Origin: Felis catus
Lineage: Eukaryota
Length of the DNA: 64,000 nt
NCBI RefSeq assembly: GCF_018350175.1
Contig: NC_058369.1
Location: forward strand, 16,184,001 to 16,248,000
Direction of reading: 5' to 3'
Shown piece after piece: positions 42,735 through 56,193 of the stretch. The notes under the pieces are model-generated. The model made no database searches. It saw nothing but the letters and a program-made list of their open reading frames with translations, and was not told where the DNA came from. A program made the translations under genes and the position numbers. The stretch's first letter is position 1, and the number at the start of each line of letters is the position of its first letter.

Positions 42735-43182
42735 TTATTTCTTTTTTTAAAGTGTATTTATTTATTTTGAAAGAGAGAGAGAGCAAGTGGGGGAGAGGCA
42801 GAATCTCAAGCAGGCTCGACACTGTCAGCGCAGAGCCCGACGCGGGGCTTGAACTCACGAACTGCGAGATTGAGCCCTGAGCCAAAATCGAGAGTTGGCC
42901 ACTTAACGGACTAAGCCACGCAGGTGCCCCAAGGGGAGGCTTCTTAAGAACAGGCTAGTTAAGGGGCGCCTGGGTGACTTAGTCCGTTAAGTGTCCGACT
43001 TCGACTCAGGTCATGATCTCGCGGTTTGTGAGTTCGAGCCCCGCGTCAGGCCCTGGGCTGACAGCTCGGAGCCTGGAGCCCGTTTTGAATTCTGTGTCTC
43101 CCCCCTCCCCCTGCCCTTCCCCTGCTCAAACTCTATTTCTCTCTCAAAAAAATAAACTTTAAAAAAATGTTAAAAAAAAAAA
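42735..43182. mobile_element. Head-to-head SINE pair (42735-42930 -, 42963-43182 +)
   Basis: Second element has TSD gctagttaag. Confidence 0.9.
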
Positions 43183-43499
43183 AGCTAGTTAAGTAAATAC
43201 GACCCGGGTGAAGGTGAGGTTCGGGCTGGTGGGTCCTGACAGCAGAGCTAGGCTAGGAGTGAGGAGAAAGAGTAGCGGGAGCTGAGTTCGCAGAAGTCAG
43301 CATCCAGCCTTGCTGGCTGGGAAACCTGGAGCTTTTCCCGAGGGTGTCGGCAGGCGAGTGCCACAACACCTTGGTTTTGGAGGGTGTCCCCGCACCGGAA
43401 GGTGGGGAGACAGGGAGGGGAAGCCACCAGGAACTTCTGCAGATACTTCTGCAGATACCTTCTGAGAAGCGAGAAGGTCTACACCAAGGCCTCCGTGCC

Positions 43500-43810
43500 C
43501 TGGCCGTGGGGGGCTGGGAAAGAAAGGGGGAGAGAAGCAGGAATGCCATCTTGTCACGGTGCCGGAGGCGAGTCCACCATCTCAGGGCCAGCGTCGTTTC
43601 CTGCCTTGCGGACCGCCACGTTGTCACTGTGTCCTCACATGGGCAGGGGATGAAGGGGAACATTCTCTGGGGCCTTTTTCATGAGGACAGCAATCCCATC
43701 ACCGGGGCCTCACCCTCCTGACCTCACCCAAATCTAATCACCTCCCAAAGGCCCCATCTCCCAATATCAGCACATGAGGGGTTAGGGCTTCAACACATGA
43801 ATTTGGGGGT
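43500..43810. mobile_element. MLT1-type (MaLR) LTR remnant
   Basis: ctgtgtcctcacatgg...cacctcccaaaggccccatctcc...ggggttagggcttcaacacatgaatttgggg. Confidence 0.75.
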
Positions 43811-44149
43811 GGGGGTGGGGAGAGGAGAGGCCACAGATCCATGGCAGAACGGGATGCTTTAAATCAGAGCCTCAAGTCCTGGACACATCCCATTTATAAA
43901 ACTGACCAGGATCGACACAGCAAAAGCTTTGAGAGCTCCGCTTTGGTGTGGAATCCTGCCCGGGTTTCAGACCGGCCTGTGGGTAACACACAAGCAGCAG
44001 CCCACGAGAGCATAGCAAAGGCTTTGAAAAGTAATTGACATTTAAAACATAGCCCACAAAAGGGGGCCAGGACATGCGTTCCTAATATAAACAGATGGAC
44101 TGCCCGCTAAAATAGATACGTAAAAAGGGGAGAGTCTCATAACCTTGTC

Positions 44150-45321
44150 CTCCAAATGCCCAGGATACCATCCAAAATCACTCATGACAAGAGCCAAGGA
44201 AATCTCATACTCAAATGAGAAAGGATAATCCGCAAATACCAGTACGGAGACAACACAGATGTCGGAATTATCTGACGAGGATTGTGAAGCAGTTATATAA
44301 ATGCTCCAACAAGCAATTACAAGCTCTCTTTAAGCAAATGGGAAAAGTAAAAACATCTCAGCAAAGACACGAAAAAGACAAAGAAGAACCAACTGGAAAT
44401 TTTAGAAGTCAAAGATACAATAACTAAAGTCAGCAAACGACAAAAATAACACTGGCCGAGCGTAAGAGCAGAGTGGAAAATACAGAGGAAAGGATCAGCG
44501 AGCGTGCAGATAGCTAATAAAATCATCTAATTTGAACAAGAAGAAAATCATTTTCTCTTTTTTTTCTTTTTAAGTGATCTCTATGCCCGACATGGGGCTC
44601 GAACTCACCACTCTGACATCAAGAGTTGCATGCCCTACCAACTGACTGAGCCAGCGAGGTGCCCCAATAATTTTCATTCTTTTTTAAAATTTATTTAATG
44701 TTTATTTATTTTTGAGACAAGGAGAGAGAGTGAATGGGGGAGGGGCAGAGAGAGAGAGAGGGAGGGATAGAGGATCCAAAGCAGGCTCATGGTGACAGCA
44801 GAAAGCCCAATGCAGCGCTCAAACTCACGAACCGTGAGATCATGACCTGAGCCAAAGTCAGACACTAACCGACTGAGCCACTCAAGTGCCCCCCCCCCAA
44901 TAATTTTCTTTTTTAAAAAAGGAACATAGTCTTAGGACCTGGGGGACAATAACAAAAGATCTAAACTTTGTGTCACTGGAGTTCCAAAAGGAGAGGATGT
45001 CTGCCTTCACCACTTCTATTCAACATAGTGCCACATCTAGCCAGAGCAATTAAGCAAGAAAAAGAAATAAAAGACTTAATCTCTGTTCACAGATGACATG
45101 ACCTCATATATAGATAACCTTAAAGATTCCACAAACACTTAAAGATTCCACAAACACACAAAAGAAACTGTTAGAACTACTAATAAAAGAAATCAGAAAA
45201 GTTGCAGAATACAAAATCAACAGGCAGGGGCGCCTGGGTGGCTCAGTCAGTTAAGCATCCGACTCTTGATTTTGGCTCAGGTCATGATCTCACGGTTCTG
45301 CCAGCACAGAGCCTGCTTGGG

Positions 45322-45375
<54 letters not shown>

Positions 45376-47260
45376 TCTCTCTCTCTAAATAAATAAACAT
45401 TAACAAAATCAACAAGCAAAAATCAGTTGCGTTTCTAGTACACCAACAATGAGCTGTCTGAAAAAGATTATGAAAACAATTCCATTTGCAATTGCATCAA
45501 AAAGAATAAAATAATTAAAAACTAGCTTAACCACAGAGGCAAAAGACTGAAAACTACAAAATACTGCTGGAGGAAAGTAAAGAAGACACAAATTAATGGA
45601 CAGACATTCTGTGTTCATGGGCTGGAAGACTTGGTATTGTTAAGATGTTAGTACCACCCAAACCAAACTACAGATTCCGTGCAATCCTGTAAAAAATCCC
45701 AATGGTATTTTTTTATAGAAATAGAAAAATCCATCCTAAAATTCATATGGCATCTCAAAGAATTTCAAATAACCAAAACCGTCTTGAAAAAGAAGAATAA
45801 AGTTGGAAGACTCATACTTCCTGATTTCAAAACTTTTTACAAAGCAAAAATAATCAAAAAAGTGTGATGCTGGCATAAAGACAGACATATAGGCCAAAGG
45901 AATAGGATAGAGAGCCCAGAAATAAGCTCCCACAGATGTAGTCAAATGATTTTTGACAAGAGTGCCAAGACCATTCAATGGGGAAAAGGACAGTTTTTTC
46001 AACAAATGATGCCGGGAGACCTGGATCTCCTCACACAAAAGAATGAAGTTGGACCCTTACCTCACACCACATACAAAAATTAACTTGTGCCTGGGTGGCT
46101 CAGTTGGCTAAGCGTCCAACTCTTGGTTTCAGCTCAGGTCATGATCTCACGGTTTGAAAGTTTGCGCCCCACATCGGGCTCTGCACTGACAGTGAAGAGC
46201 CTGCTTGGGATTCTCTCTCCCCCCACCTCTGTCCTGTGCTCACTCTCTCTCTCTCTCTCTCAAAATAAATAAACTTAAAAAAAATTAACTCAAAATGGAT
46301 CAAAGGCCTAAACGTAAGGGCTGAACCTATAAAACTCTTAGAGGAAACACAGGGGGGAAGCTTTATGACATTGGATTTGGCAATGATTTCTTAGATATTA
46401 CTGTAAAAGCACAGACAACAGAAGACAACAAATTTGCCCTACAACAAATTTTAAAACTTTTTTTACATCCAAGGACACAATCAACAGAGTGAAAGGCAAC
46501 CCATGAAAATGGGAGAAAACATTTGCAAATCATACATGTGATAAAGGGTTAGTATCCAGAATATACAAACAACTCCTATAATTCAACAGCAAAAAATAAA
46601 CAACCCAGTTCAAAACTGGGCAATGGATGAGAATAGGCATATTCAAGTGGAAATTCAATAGCAGTCTCCAAAGAAGATACACAAATGGTCAATAAGTACA
46701 TGTAAAAATGTTCAACGTCACTAATCATTAGGAAAGTGCAAAATAAAACCGCAAATGAGATACCACTTCACACTCATAGGATGGCCACTATACCCCAAAA
46801 AGAAAAAAACAAAACAAAACAGGAAATAAGATGTGTCCGTGCGGATGTGGCAATTGAAACACTTGTGCACTGTTAGAGGGGATGTAAAAGGGGGTATGAT
46901 GTTGCTATGGAAAACAGTATGGTGGTTCTTCAAAAGAATTAAATATAGCCTTGCCATAGGATCCAGCAATCCCACCTCTGCATATATGCCCAAAAGAATC
47001 GAAAACAGGATCTTGAAGAGATCTTTGTATACCCACATTCCTAGCAGCGTTCTTCCCAAGAGCCAAAAGGTGGAGTCAACTCAAGTGTCCATCAACGAAT
47101 GAATGAATTAAGCAAAACGTGGCGCATCCATACAATGGAATATTGTCCAGCCTCAAAAAGGAAGGAGTATCAGACACCGGCTACAGCATGAATAAACCTA
47201 TAGGACATTATGCTGAGTAAAATAAGCGAATCACAAAGGGACAAGTACTGGATGATTTCT
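44150..47260 (+). mobile_element. Degraded L1 (ORF1 remnant, then ORF2 3' half) with nested SINEs (44560-44665 -, 44680-44890 -, 45227-45405 +, 46088-46285 +)
   Basis: Remnants FFIEIEKSILKFIW, LILPDFKTFYKA, LWKTVWWFFKRIK; ctgttcacagatgacatga resembles the RT FADD motif. Confidence 0.9.
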
Positions 47261-47954
47261 ATCAGGCCCGCATGCAATGGAGAAGGAGCCGTTTCTGAAA
47301 TAAAAAGTGGGAAGTGTACTGAGTATAAAATAATGACAATCCCCACAGATCCAAGGGGACTGCGACCAAATGGCAAGCACCCACGGGACCTCAACAGACC
47401 TCCCTACTGGGGCCCAGTCTCACTCCCACCCTCACCGTCCTGAGCAGACTCTGCCCAGGACTAAACTCATGGGCTGTGTGGCCCCCACAGCAGCCATGTT
47501 TGAACCACCCAGCTCGGACCTGACTTGGGTTCAGAACAGAGCATAGGACAGACTCAGCAGACATTTCCCCAGACGGTGGAATGCGACCAAGAAAGAATCC
47601 TGACCCTGTTGGTTCATGGAAATCTAACAGCTCTAGGGGCCACCGCTGTGAGTGGAAAAGTGGAAAGCAGAGAAGTCTAATTGCTAGGAAACAGGAGGGA
47701 AGGAGATGCCTGGAGAAAAGGCACAGGAAGGGGAAACAGTACCTTCCAGGCTTCTGGGCAGCTTTCCACTCCGGTGCTTTCCAGGAGTCCGGCTGCTTTC
47801 TGGCCTCGGGTTCCATGAGGTACTGCTGAGTTCATGGGATGAATTCCTTTCTTGTAAGCTACCTGAGGTTGATTTCTCTTACAAAATCACAAATAATGTA
47901 GATTAATGGGGATTTCAGGGTGTCAATCAGGAAGGAAGGCTGTTCTTTGTTGTT

Positions 47955-50900
47955 GTTGTTTTTTAATGTTTATTTACTTTTGAGAGAGAGAGAGAGCAAG
48001 TGGGGAGGAACGGGGAGGCGGGGGACACAGAATCCAAAGCAGGCTCCAGGCTCTGAGCTGTCAGCACAGAGCCTGACGATGCAGGGCTTGAACTCACAAG
48101 TGGTGAGATCATGACCTGAGCTGAAGTTGACACTCAACCAACTGAGCCACCCGGGCGCCCCTGCAATGGTCAAGGCTTTAGGTTCTTTAGAAGCAGGGCC
48201 TCCCACATCCCCTGTGACATCAGCCGGAACACGAGGCCCCAGGCTTGGGACAATGGTCTAGGACACCAAGTTACAGCTTAGGGGGAAAACATCGGTCTGA
48301 AACATTTGGTACGAGGGGATATTCCTGGGAGGAGACCACCCAGAGTCTGCTCATCCTGAGGACTAAATTCTGTAGACATACTCCTCCTAGTTCCATCTCA
48401 AGGGAACCAAATAAGCTGGGCTCTCCAGAGCAATCCCAACTTCAAATGCGCTACCGATATCCGGCCCTGTGTCAACATTTTTGGTGAAGAAATATGGTCA
48501 CCATAAATCTATCCCAAGAGGCTTCCAAAGGTTTTTCAAAGACATCTCTCTCGGGGCGCCTGGGTGGCTCAGTCGGTTAAGCATCCAACTTCACTTCAGG
48601 TCACGATCTCGAGGTTTGTGAGTTCGAGCCCTGTGTTGGGCTCTGTGCTGACAGCTCAGAGCCTAGAGCCTGTTTCAGATTCTGTGTCTCCCTCTCTCTG
48701 CCCCTCCCCCTCTCTCAAAAATAAATATTAAAAAAAAATTTTTTTTAAATGTCTTTTTTTAAAAAGACATCTCTCGGGGCGCCTGGGTGGCGCAGTCGGT
48801 TAAGCGTCCGACTTCAGCCAGGTCATGATCTCGCGGTCTGTGAGTTCGAGCCCCGCGTCGGGCTCTGGGCTGATGGCTCGGAGCCTGGAGCCTGTTTCCG
48901 ATTCTGTGTCTCCCTCTCTCTCTGCCCCTCCCCAGTTCATGCTCTGTCTCTCTCTGTCCGAAAAATAAATAAACGTTGAAAAAAAAATTTTTTTTAATAA
49001 ATAAATAAAAATAAATAAATAAAAAGACATCTCTCTCAAGTACATAGTACTGCTTACCCCCCAGAGAAAGTACCTGGTGATCAGAAGATTCTGGATGGCA
49101 GGTATTTCACAAGGACCAGGGAGCTAGTGCTGCTGTTAGTTTTGAAGCCAGAAAGCACCTTCTGTATTGGGCTAACTTTTTATATAATATAAGTACACAG
49201 GAAGAGAATGTACCTTGCATATTGTACGTTAAGCTAGGCAAACCGACAGCGACAGTGAGAGGGTAAACAACTGAACAGATCGCGAAGCTTCCATGAATGA
49301 TAATGCTCAGAGTTACCAAAGGCCTTCCAGTGAGCGCACTTGAAGGTTGCCCCTACATTAGGCTTTTAAAATCAAAGCATTTTTTTTCTTCTAAGAAGGT
49401 TTTTCCAGAAAGCTTCTCCACCCCCTGCCCCCAACTTCCACCAACCCCCAATCTCATTCTCTCTGTAACAGGTGCCCCACCTGCCCCGATACTCACACCA
49501 AAACCCAATCACCCCCACTCCCTCCCTTCTCTTAGCCCTCCCCTCTCTCGACTACTCACAAATCCGCAGAAGTACCTTCCAGATGTCAATTCTACCTCCT
49601 AAAGTTTACAAGGTTTAGAATCGAGCCACTACACCCTTGAACAAGGGTGACAGTAATTTTAAAGCAGTTGAAATGTATCATTTTTATGCCACTTAATTTA
49701 TCAGAGAAGCTCAGAGTCCCCTGTCCTCACGTTCTCCGGGCAGTTGCCACCTCATTTCCGTGAGCCCCTCAAGAGAGATGCAAAGGACTGGCCTGATGGG
49801 TCATAGACAGTCACTCAACAAACTTTGTGGAAATAGTGTTTTCAAAATGGAGTGTTTGCTGTTTGTGGGTTCAAGCCCCATGTCAGGCTCTGTGCTGACA
49901 GCTCGGAGCCTGGAGCCTGCTTCGGATTCTGGGTCTCCCTCTCTCTCTGCCCCTCTCCCACTCATGCTCTCTCTCTCTCTCTCTCTCTCAAAAATAAACA
50001 TTACAAAGATAAAATGAAATGAAGTGAAATGAAATGAAATAAAATAAAATAAAATAAAATAAAATAAAATAAAATAAAATGGAGAGGAATATGGAGGAAG
50101 AATCCTATTCCCAAGTCACTGCTCAGACAGTCTAGAACATTACCTCCTCAGGACACTGTTTAGAAACTATAAAAATGGATATCTCAGAGCCTGTCTGTTT
50201 GGATATCTGTCTGGTCTTCTAAATGTGGGATGGAGACTTGGCACAAGTCTTGGCCGCTTCCATGCTGGTCTCCAGTGCAACGTGTGTGACCCATCAGAGA
50301 GAACGATGAACTCATGGCCAAGGGTATGATGAATGTGGAAATAGGAGTTTTGGATTTGGAGACCCCATTCCCATGGGGAGGGTTTTCTTTGAGGTGTGCT
50401 GACAAGTGAACCTGTTTATAAAAGTCCTGTTTCTGAGTATCAAAAAGAGATGCCTAGAGGCGCCTGGGTGGCTCAGTCAGTTAAACGTTCAACTTCGGCT
50501 CGGGTCATGATCTGACAGTTCATGAGTTCGAGCCCCGCGTCGGGCTCTGTGCTGACAGCTCAGAGCCTGGAGCCTGCTTCAGTTTCTGTGTCTTCCTCTC
50601 TCTCTGCCTCTCCCCTGCTCGTGTTCTGTCTGTCTGTCTGTCTGTCTCTCTCTCAAAAATAAATAAACATTAAAAAATATTTTTAGGGGCGCCTGGGTGG
50701 CGCAGTCGGTTAAGCGTCCGACTTCAGCCAGGTCACGATCTCGCGGTCCGTGAGTTCGAGCCCCGCGTCGGGCTCTGGGCTGATGGCTCAGAGCCTGGAG
50801 CCTGTTTCTGATTCTGTGTCTCCCTCTCTCTCTGCCCCTTCCCCGTTCATGCTCTGTCTCTCTCTGTCTCAAAAATAAATAAACATTGAAAAACAATTTT

Positions 50901-51411
50901 TTTTAAATATATTTTTAAAAAAGGAGATATCTATCTTTTGAAATACCCAAGAATTGCTGACCTTGGGGGCTGTCTCCTCTTCTCAGGCTGAATCTGTACT
51001 GAAGAGATTTTTATTGATTGGTATGTTTTGCTTACAAATGTTTTAGATGCTTTTTTTGTAAGACGCAGAAATCCAAGCAGCATGAAATTGCTCTCATAGG
51101 ACTGATACATAAAGTAAAACGTTCACGTCCACTTGTACGGATGTAACCCGTCATTCTTAAGGCTCTGCTGGAATTCTCTTCCAGAAAAAAAAAAACACAT
51201 TTTTTTAATGTTTATTTATTTACTTTAGAGGGAGAGAGAGCAAGCATGAGCAAGGAAGGGGCAGAGAGAAAGAGAAAGAAAGAATCCCAAGCAGGGCCCA
51301 CACTGTGAACGCAGAGCCTAACTCGGGGCTTGAACCCATGAACTGTGAGGTCATGACCTGAGCTGAAATCAAGAGTCGGACGCTTAACTGACTGAGCCAC
51401 CCAGGCGCCCC
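47955..51411. mobile_element. SINE-dense block: 47955-48161 -, 48553-48745 +, 48776-49021 +, 49861-50080 + (partial, AAAAT tail), 50459-50680 +, 50685-50920 +, 51198-51411 -
   Basis: SINE heads and tails visible; unique sequence lies between them. Confidence 0.88.
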
Positions 51412-53684
51412 TAAAAACACATGCTTCTTTGGAACCTGGTTTACTTCCTGGAAAATAACTGATGTCTAACACAGGATTCCTTTGTTCAAGGTCAAAAAAG
51501 AGCCTTTGAAGATGTCTCACCCCTTGAAGCCCATCGGCTTCGTTCTGTCCCATTGGTGTGGTGTCTTCTCCGAGGTCCGACCAGTCCTAATTGTTGCTCT
51601 TTGGGAAACTTGACTCCCTGGAGATGAGCAGACACGGTCTCCTCTCTCTGATGTAGGAAAGGGCCACCAGGATAAAGCACCTGCTGGGCTGGAGGCCAGC
51701 TCTGGGAGAACTTGAGAAATGCAGTGGGAGAAGACCTTGAAGGGAGGGTCCAGCTACATGGTCTGGCTATGGGGAAGGGCAGATAAAGTTAGCGTGGGGC
51801 CGGGAGGGGCCGGGACCCACCTCAGCGGGGCTCAGAGCCTGAAATGGGAAGGCAGAAACTTGGGCTGCCTTGGCATCCGGTACAGCCCTAGGGTCTGGAA
51901 CAACACTCACAATATGTTATGAGACACAAAACGTATCCGGTGGATGAATGAATGGAGCGTTTGCCTATAGCACAAGCACCCTGCTTTAGGAGAAACTCCT
52001 AAATATAATACCCCATTCAAAGCAGCGCTGATGTCACTCGAGGCTTACTTCCTCCTGCTCTGAGCACATTGCTAGCTCAGTTTGTCTGAGGTAGTCAGCA
52101 TCAAACGGGCTAACGTTAGTTGCTAAGCCTCAATGGCTTCCCCCTTTTACCAGACCACTTCCTGACCAGGAAGCTTTCAGTGTTTCATAATGGTCCAAAT
52201 GTTTCCATTTGGAAACGCCTCTAAAGTAAAGGGCGTTACAAGGGTGTGATGTTTCTGGAAGCTTCCCACAACCTTCTCAGCTCCAGGTGTTCAGCAGCTC
52301 CTCTGCCTGTAGTTAACAAACAAACGTGACGGGACGTTTGTACCTTGAGAGGCTTCAGTGACGGGTCGTCCGTGCCCCATCTTCATGACAGCGACCTCAT
52401 TCGGATCCTACCATCCCCAGAGTCTGTACAGAACTCGAGACAAGAAGAAGGAAAGATAGTGAAGAAGGCAGAGGAGAGAACGAAACTGAGGAAGGTAAAA
52501 CCCACAGAGGAGAAAGCTGGCTTCGTTTTCTGGAAAGACTCTCACACAGGAGTTAGAAGAATCAATCCATTCTTGACCCGATTCATCTGACTGACAGAGG
52601 CTAGCCAGATTCATTTAGTTTGATTAGTACAACATGCAACTACACCAGCTGTGAACAGGACTTCAAGCCTCAGGATGAAGCCATGTCGTCCAGGGTCCCG
52701 GACGCAACCAGCGGAACGAATCCCATCAACCGTCAGGGATTTCTACCTAAGAAAGCAGGCGGCTCTCTCCTGAAGTTTCTGTATTGACTGTTCTTGGCCC
52801 GAGGGTATTAATCCGGGCTTGGCAGAATCCCGGAGCAACCTCAGACACCGTCTTAGCCTGCAAGGAAGAAGGCCAGGGAGATTCCACCATCCAGACCAAC
52901 CCGGCCAGTGAGCTGAGGCTGCCCTGAATGTCTTCGAGAGCCGAGGAAGTATCACTGATCACTAGTTGACCAGCTTGTCCCTGATCAACTAAAATCAGGG
53001 ACAAATGTCATATCATCCCATCAGGACTCAAACCCAGATCAAGACCACCATCTCCCAAAGAAAGCGGCTTTCCCGGTTTATCAAGACCCCACGGGGACGG
53101 CTCTGGCCCCCACAGATCTATGCTTCTCTGTCCCCTGGCTGCGGTCCTTGTGGTCTCTGTGAAGGACCAAGACTTTCCCTTGGTCAAGGCCAACGACCAA
53201 CTCTCAGCTACATCCTGCTCACCTCCCTTTTCCTGTGTTTCCCCTGTTCCTTATTCTTCACTGCCCTCCCAACAAAAGCACCTGCACACTTCATCTGTGC
53301 TGGATGCAGTAAGGGCTCTGTCACTGCCTTCTACGGTGTCCAGGGATATCTAGGCTCTGTGGCCCCGGGGAGCACCGCTGGGGCTCTCCGGGCCAGGAGT
53401 CTGCCTGACCCCGTCAATGAAGCCAAGTTCAAGCATGCCGGTGCCCCGCAATGTCTGGGTCACCTCCCTCCTCGTCCATCACAGCACCAAGGGGAAGGTC
53501 AACGGGGCCAGGGAGATCCTTTCTGTCTTGGCCTCCAGCGCAGAGCTACTAGGCTGCCTCTTTGCCCCCAAGGGCTTCCTTATTATTTTCTTCCTAGCTC
53601 TGGTAAGAACACCCTGCAAGAGGTCCCAAGGAGGATGATCACCTGTTACACAAACAGAGAATTTCACATAGAAGTGTTAACCAG

Positions 53685-54125
53685 GGTGTGTGTTTTCTAT
53701 TGCTGCTATAGCAAGCTATCGCAAGTTTAGTGGCTAAAAACAGCACACATTCATCATCTTTCAGTTCCGAAGGTTAGAAATCTGACACAGAGGACATTGG
53801 GCTGTGCTCCTTTCTGGAAGCTCTATAGGGCTGAACCCATTTCTTTGCCTCTTGCAGCCTCTACAGGTTTTCGGTCCCGCCCCCTATCTCTCAGGCCACT
53901 CCCCCTCGTCACATCTCCCTCTGATCTTCTGTTTCCGACTGCCGCTTTTAAGGACCCTTGTGATGAAGATGGGGCCCACCCAGATAACCCAGGATAGTCT
54001 CCCCATCGCAAGTCCTTAACGTAATCACGTCTACAGAGTCCCTTGTGCCATGTAAGGCGACTTATTCAAGGCCCTGGGGATTAGGTCATGGATATCTTTG
54101 GGGGACAATTATTCTGCCCACCACA
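53685..54125. mobile_element. MLT1-type (MaLR) LTR
   Basis: ttttctattgctgc...ttttaaggacccttgtgat...gggcccacccagataacccaggata...attattctgcccaccaca. Confidence 0.85.
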
Positions 54126-54547
54126 CCCAGCAACTGAAGCACTGAAAAGGCAAAACAAGAGTTCTCCAACAATTACAGAAAGCCGCCCCTCTCCCTAGGG
54201 CTGGAGGAGGAAAGGAAAGAGGCTAAAAATATTAAAACTTGGAAGCCTGGGAGAGGGGCAGGAACGCAGAACTCTGACAAAGGGGTGCATCACAGCTGGC
54301 TGCGGAGTTCGTAAGGGGGCTCGGCAAACTGGTTCTGTAAGTGCTGGGAAACCCCCAGCTGCACACACCGCCCCCTCCCCGGGCAAAAGCAATGGTACCA
54401 ACCTAGATGCTGAAAACCCAGTTCTGCTTCCTGCGTTGCTCTATATGATTGCCTCCCTTTTATCCTCATTGATGATCGACTTCCATGTACGTAGGGATAT
54501 GAAGCTTCCCTTCTTAATAAATCCCAGTGTTTAAAAAGAAGCATATA

Positions 54548-54745
54548 GGGAGGCTCTGGGGGGCTCTGTCGGTTGAGCGTTCGACCCTTGATTTTGGCTC
54601 AGATCATGATCCCAGGGTGATAGGATCGAGCCCTGCATCAGGCTCCAAGCCCAGCTTGGAGCCTGCTTAAGATTCTCTCTCTCTCTCTCTGCTTCTGCCC
54701 TTCTCCCTTGCTCACATTCTCTCTCTAAAATAAAAAAAAAAAAAT
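54548..54745 (+). mobile_element. Older Can-SINE
   Basis: Diverged SINE head, CT body, A tail; gaagcatata flanks. Confidence 0.8.
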
Positions 54746-54849
54746 TTTAAAGTCAGATGCTACTCATGCAATGAGAAAAAACTTTTTTTTTAAATGAAGC
54801 ATATAAAAGTGTTTTTAATTAAATGATGAATAGTGGGTAATGGCGAAAG

Positions 54850-55330
54850 GACTGTTCCGTTCATCTGTTGTCACATTAAAAAGACAGCCCCAAACCGTGG
54901 CTTGGAACACCAGCGCTGTTTGGTTCGCTCATGAATCTGGGGCCCACTGGCTAGGCCAGGCAGCTGTTGTTTGTAGGGGGGTCTCCTAAGGTTCCAGTCA
55001 GAGGGCGGCCAAGGCCGCAGTCACCCCAGAAGTGTTCTCATTCATGTGCTCAGGGTCTGGGCTGGGAGACCCAAACAACCAGATCCCCGATGAGCTGGCT
55101 CCACTGGGCATCCACCTCTCTCTCTGTCTGCTGTCCCCACACGGTCTCCCCACATGGCCGCTCAGGGTGGCAGACTTCTCTCTTTGTGGTGAAATGCTCC
55201 CAGCACGGATGTCCAGGGGAACCGGCAGAGGCCACGTGAGCTTCTGGATCCCAGCCTCACAAGGCTGGTGGCCTCTGTCCCACTGCATCGTCAAAGGTCA
55301 AGGTTTAAGGGCAGGGGTTTTTGCCTCCGC
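54850..55330. mobile_element. Old MLT1-type LTR remnant
   Basis: ccccaaaccgtggctt...gctcatgaatctg...ctctccccacatgg-like motifs. Confidence 0.55.
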
Positions 55331-56004
55331 ATCTCGATGGGAAGAGGGAGAAAGAATTGGTGGGTGTTTGACAACCATCATGGGGACAGAGGACAACATC
55401 GTAGGAGGGTGAAAATCGGGAAATGTGGGAAAAGGCTCCCACGGGTTTTGCAAGGCTTTCTCACCTTGGGTTTGCCTGACTTCTCCTTGATTCGGTTCAG
55501 CAGTTCTCCACATTCTGGGAAGGCCGGGCCCTTCCCCACTTCCCGGCCTCTGTCCCTGCCTTTCCTTCTGCCAGGCGTGCCAACCCCCCGCCTGGCAAAT
55601 TCATCCCTCGAGTTCCAGTTCCACGGTGCCATCTGCCGGGACGCAGCCCTCCCTTCCTGCCCTGACCGCGAAGACTGTGAGTGCCTCCTGGGCTCCTTCT
55701 CCTGCAGCGAGCAGGACCCCACGCAGGACGGGACACCAAGAGCCGCCCAATCACCGATGCCCCCCTTCCTCGGAGGCGACGGCAAGGTTCAGTGTGCAAG
55801 CACAGGGTTGGTCTCAGCTCAGAGGCTGGCACCTGCGTTTATCCCTGAGGATGCCTGGGGCCTGGGACTGACCCTTGGCCACACCCGAATGAAATGCACG
55901 AACTCGTGATTAAGAGGGTCTTACACTGGTGTCAGAGACAGACCAGAGGCTGCCGGTAAACAGCCTGTCTGCACCATTTACAGAGCGGGCACCAACTGAT
56001 GGGC

Positions 56005-56193
56005 TTTTTTGGGTTTTGAGAGAGACAGCATGTGTGAGTGGGGGAGAGGGGCAGAGGGAGGGAGACAATCTTAACCAGGCTCCACACCCAGTGCGGACCC
56101 AACTCAGGGCTCAGGCCCTATGACCCTGGGGTCACGACCCGAGCTCGTATCAAGAGTCAGATGCTCAAGCGACTGAGCCACCCAGGCGCCCCC
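56005..56193 (-). mobile_element. Can-SINE
   Basis: Reverse-complement SINE ending gccacccaggcgcccc. Confidence 0.85.

Noticed and set aside
45119..45156. 19-bp direct duplication cttaaagattccacaaaca
   Set aside because: Local slippage inside a dead L1; no functional indication
50188..51651. Further + strand exon candidates (50188-50322, 51491-51651)
   Set aside because: Splice signals are plausible, but no recognisable peptide or consistent phase; recheck only if the pseudogene is confirmed
55621..55640. HGAICR identical to a stretch I recall from an IMPG2 EGF domain
   Set aside because: Surrounding cysteine spacing is not EGF-like; treated as coincidence
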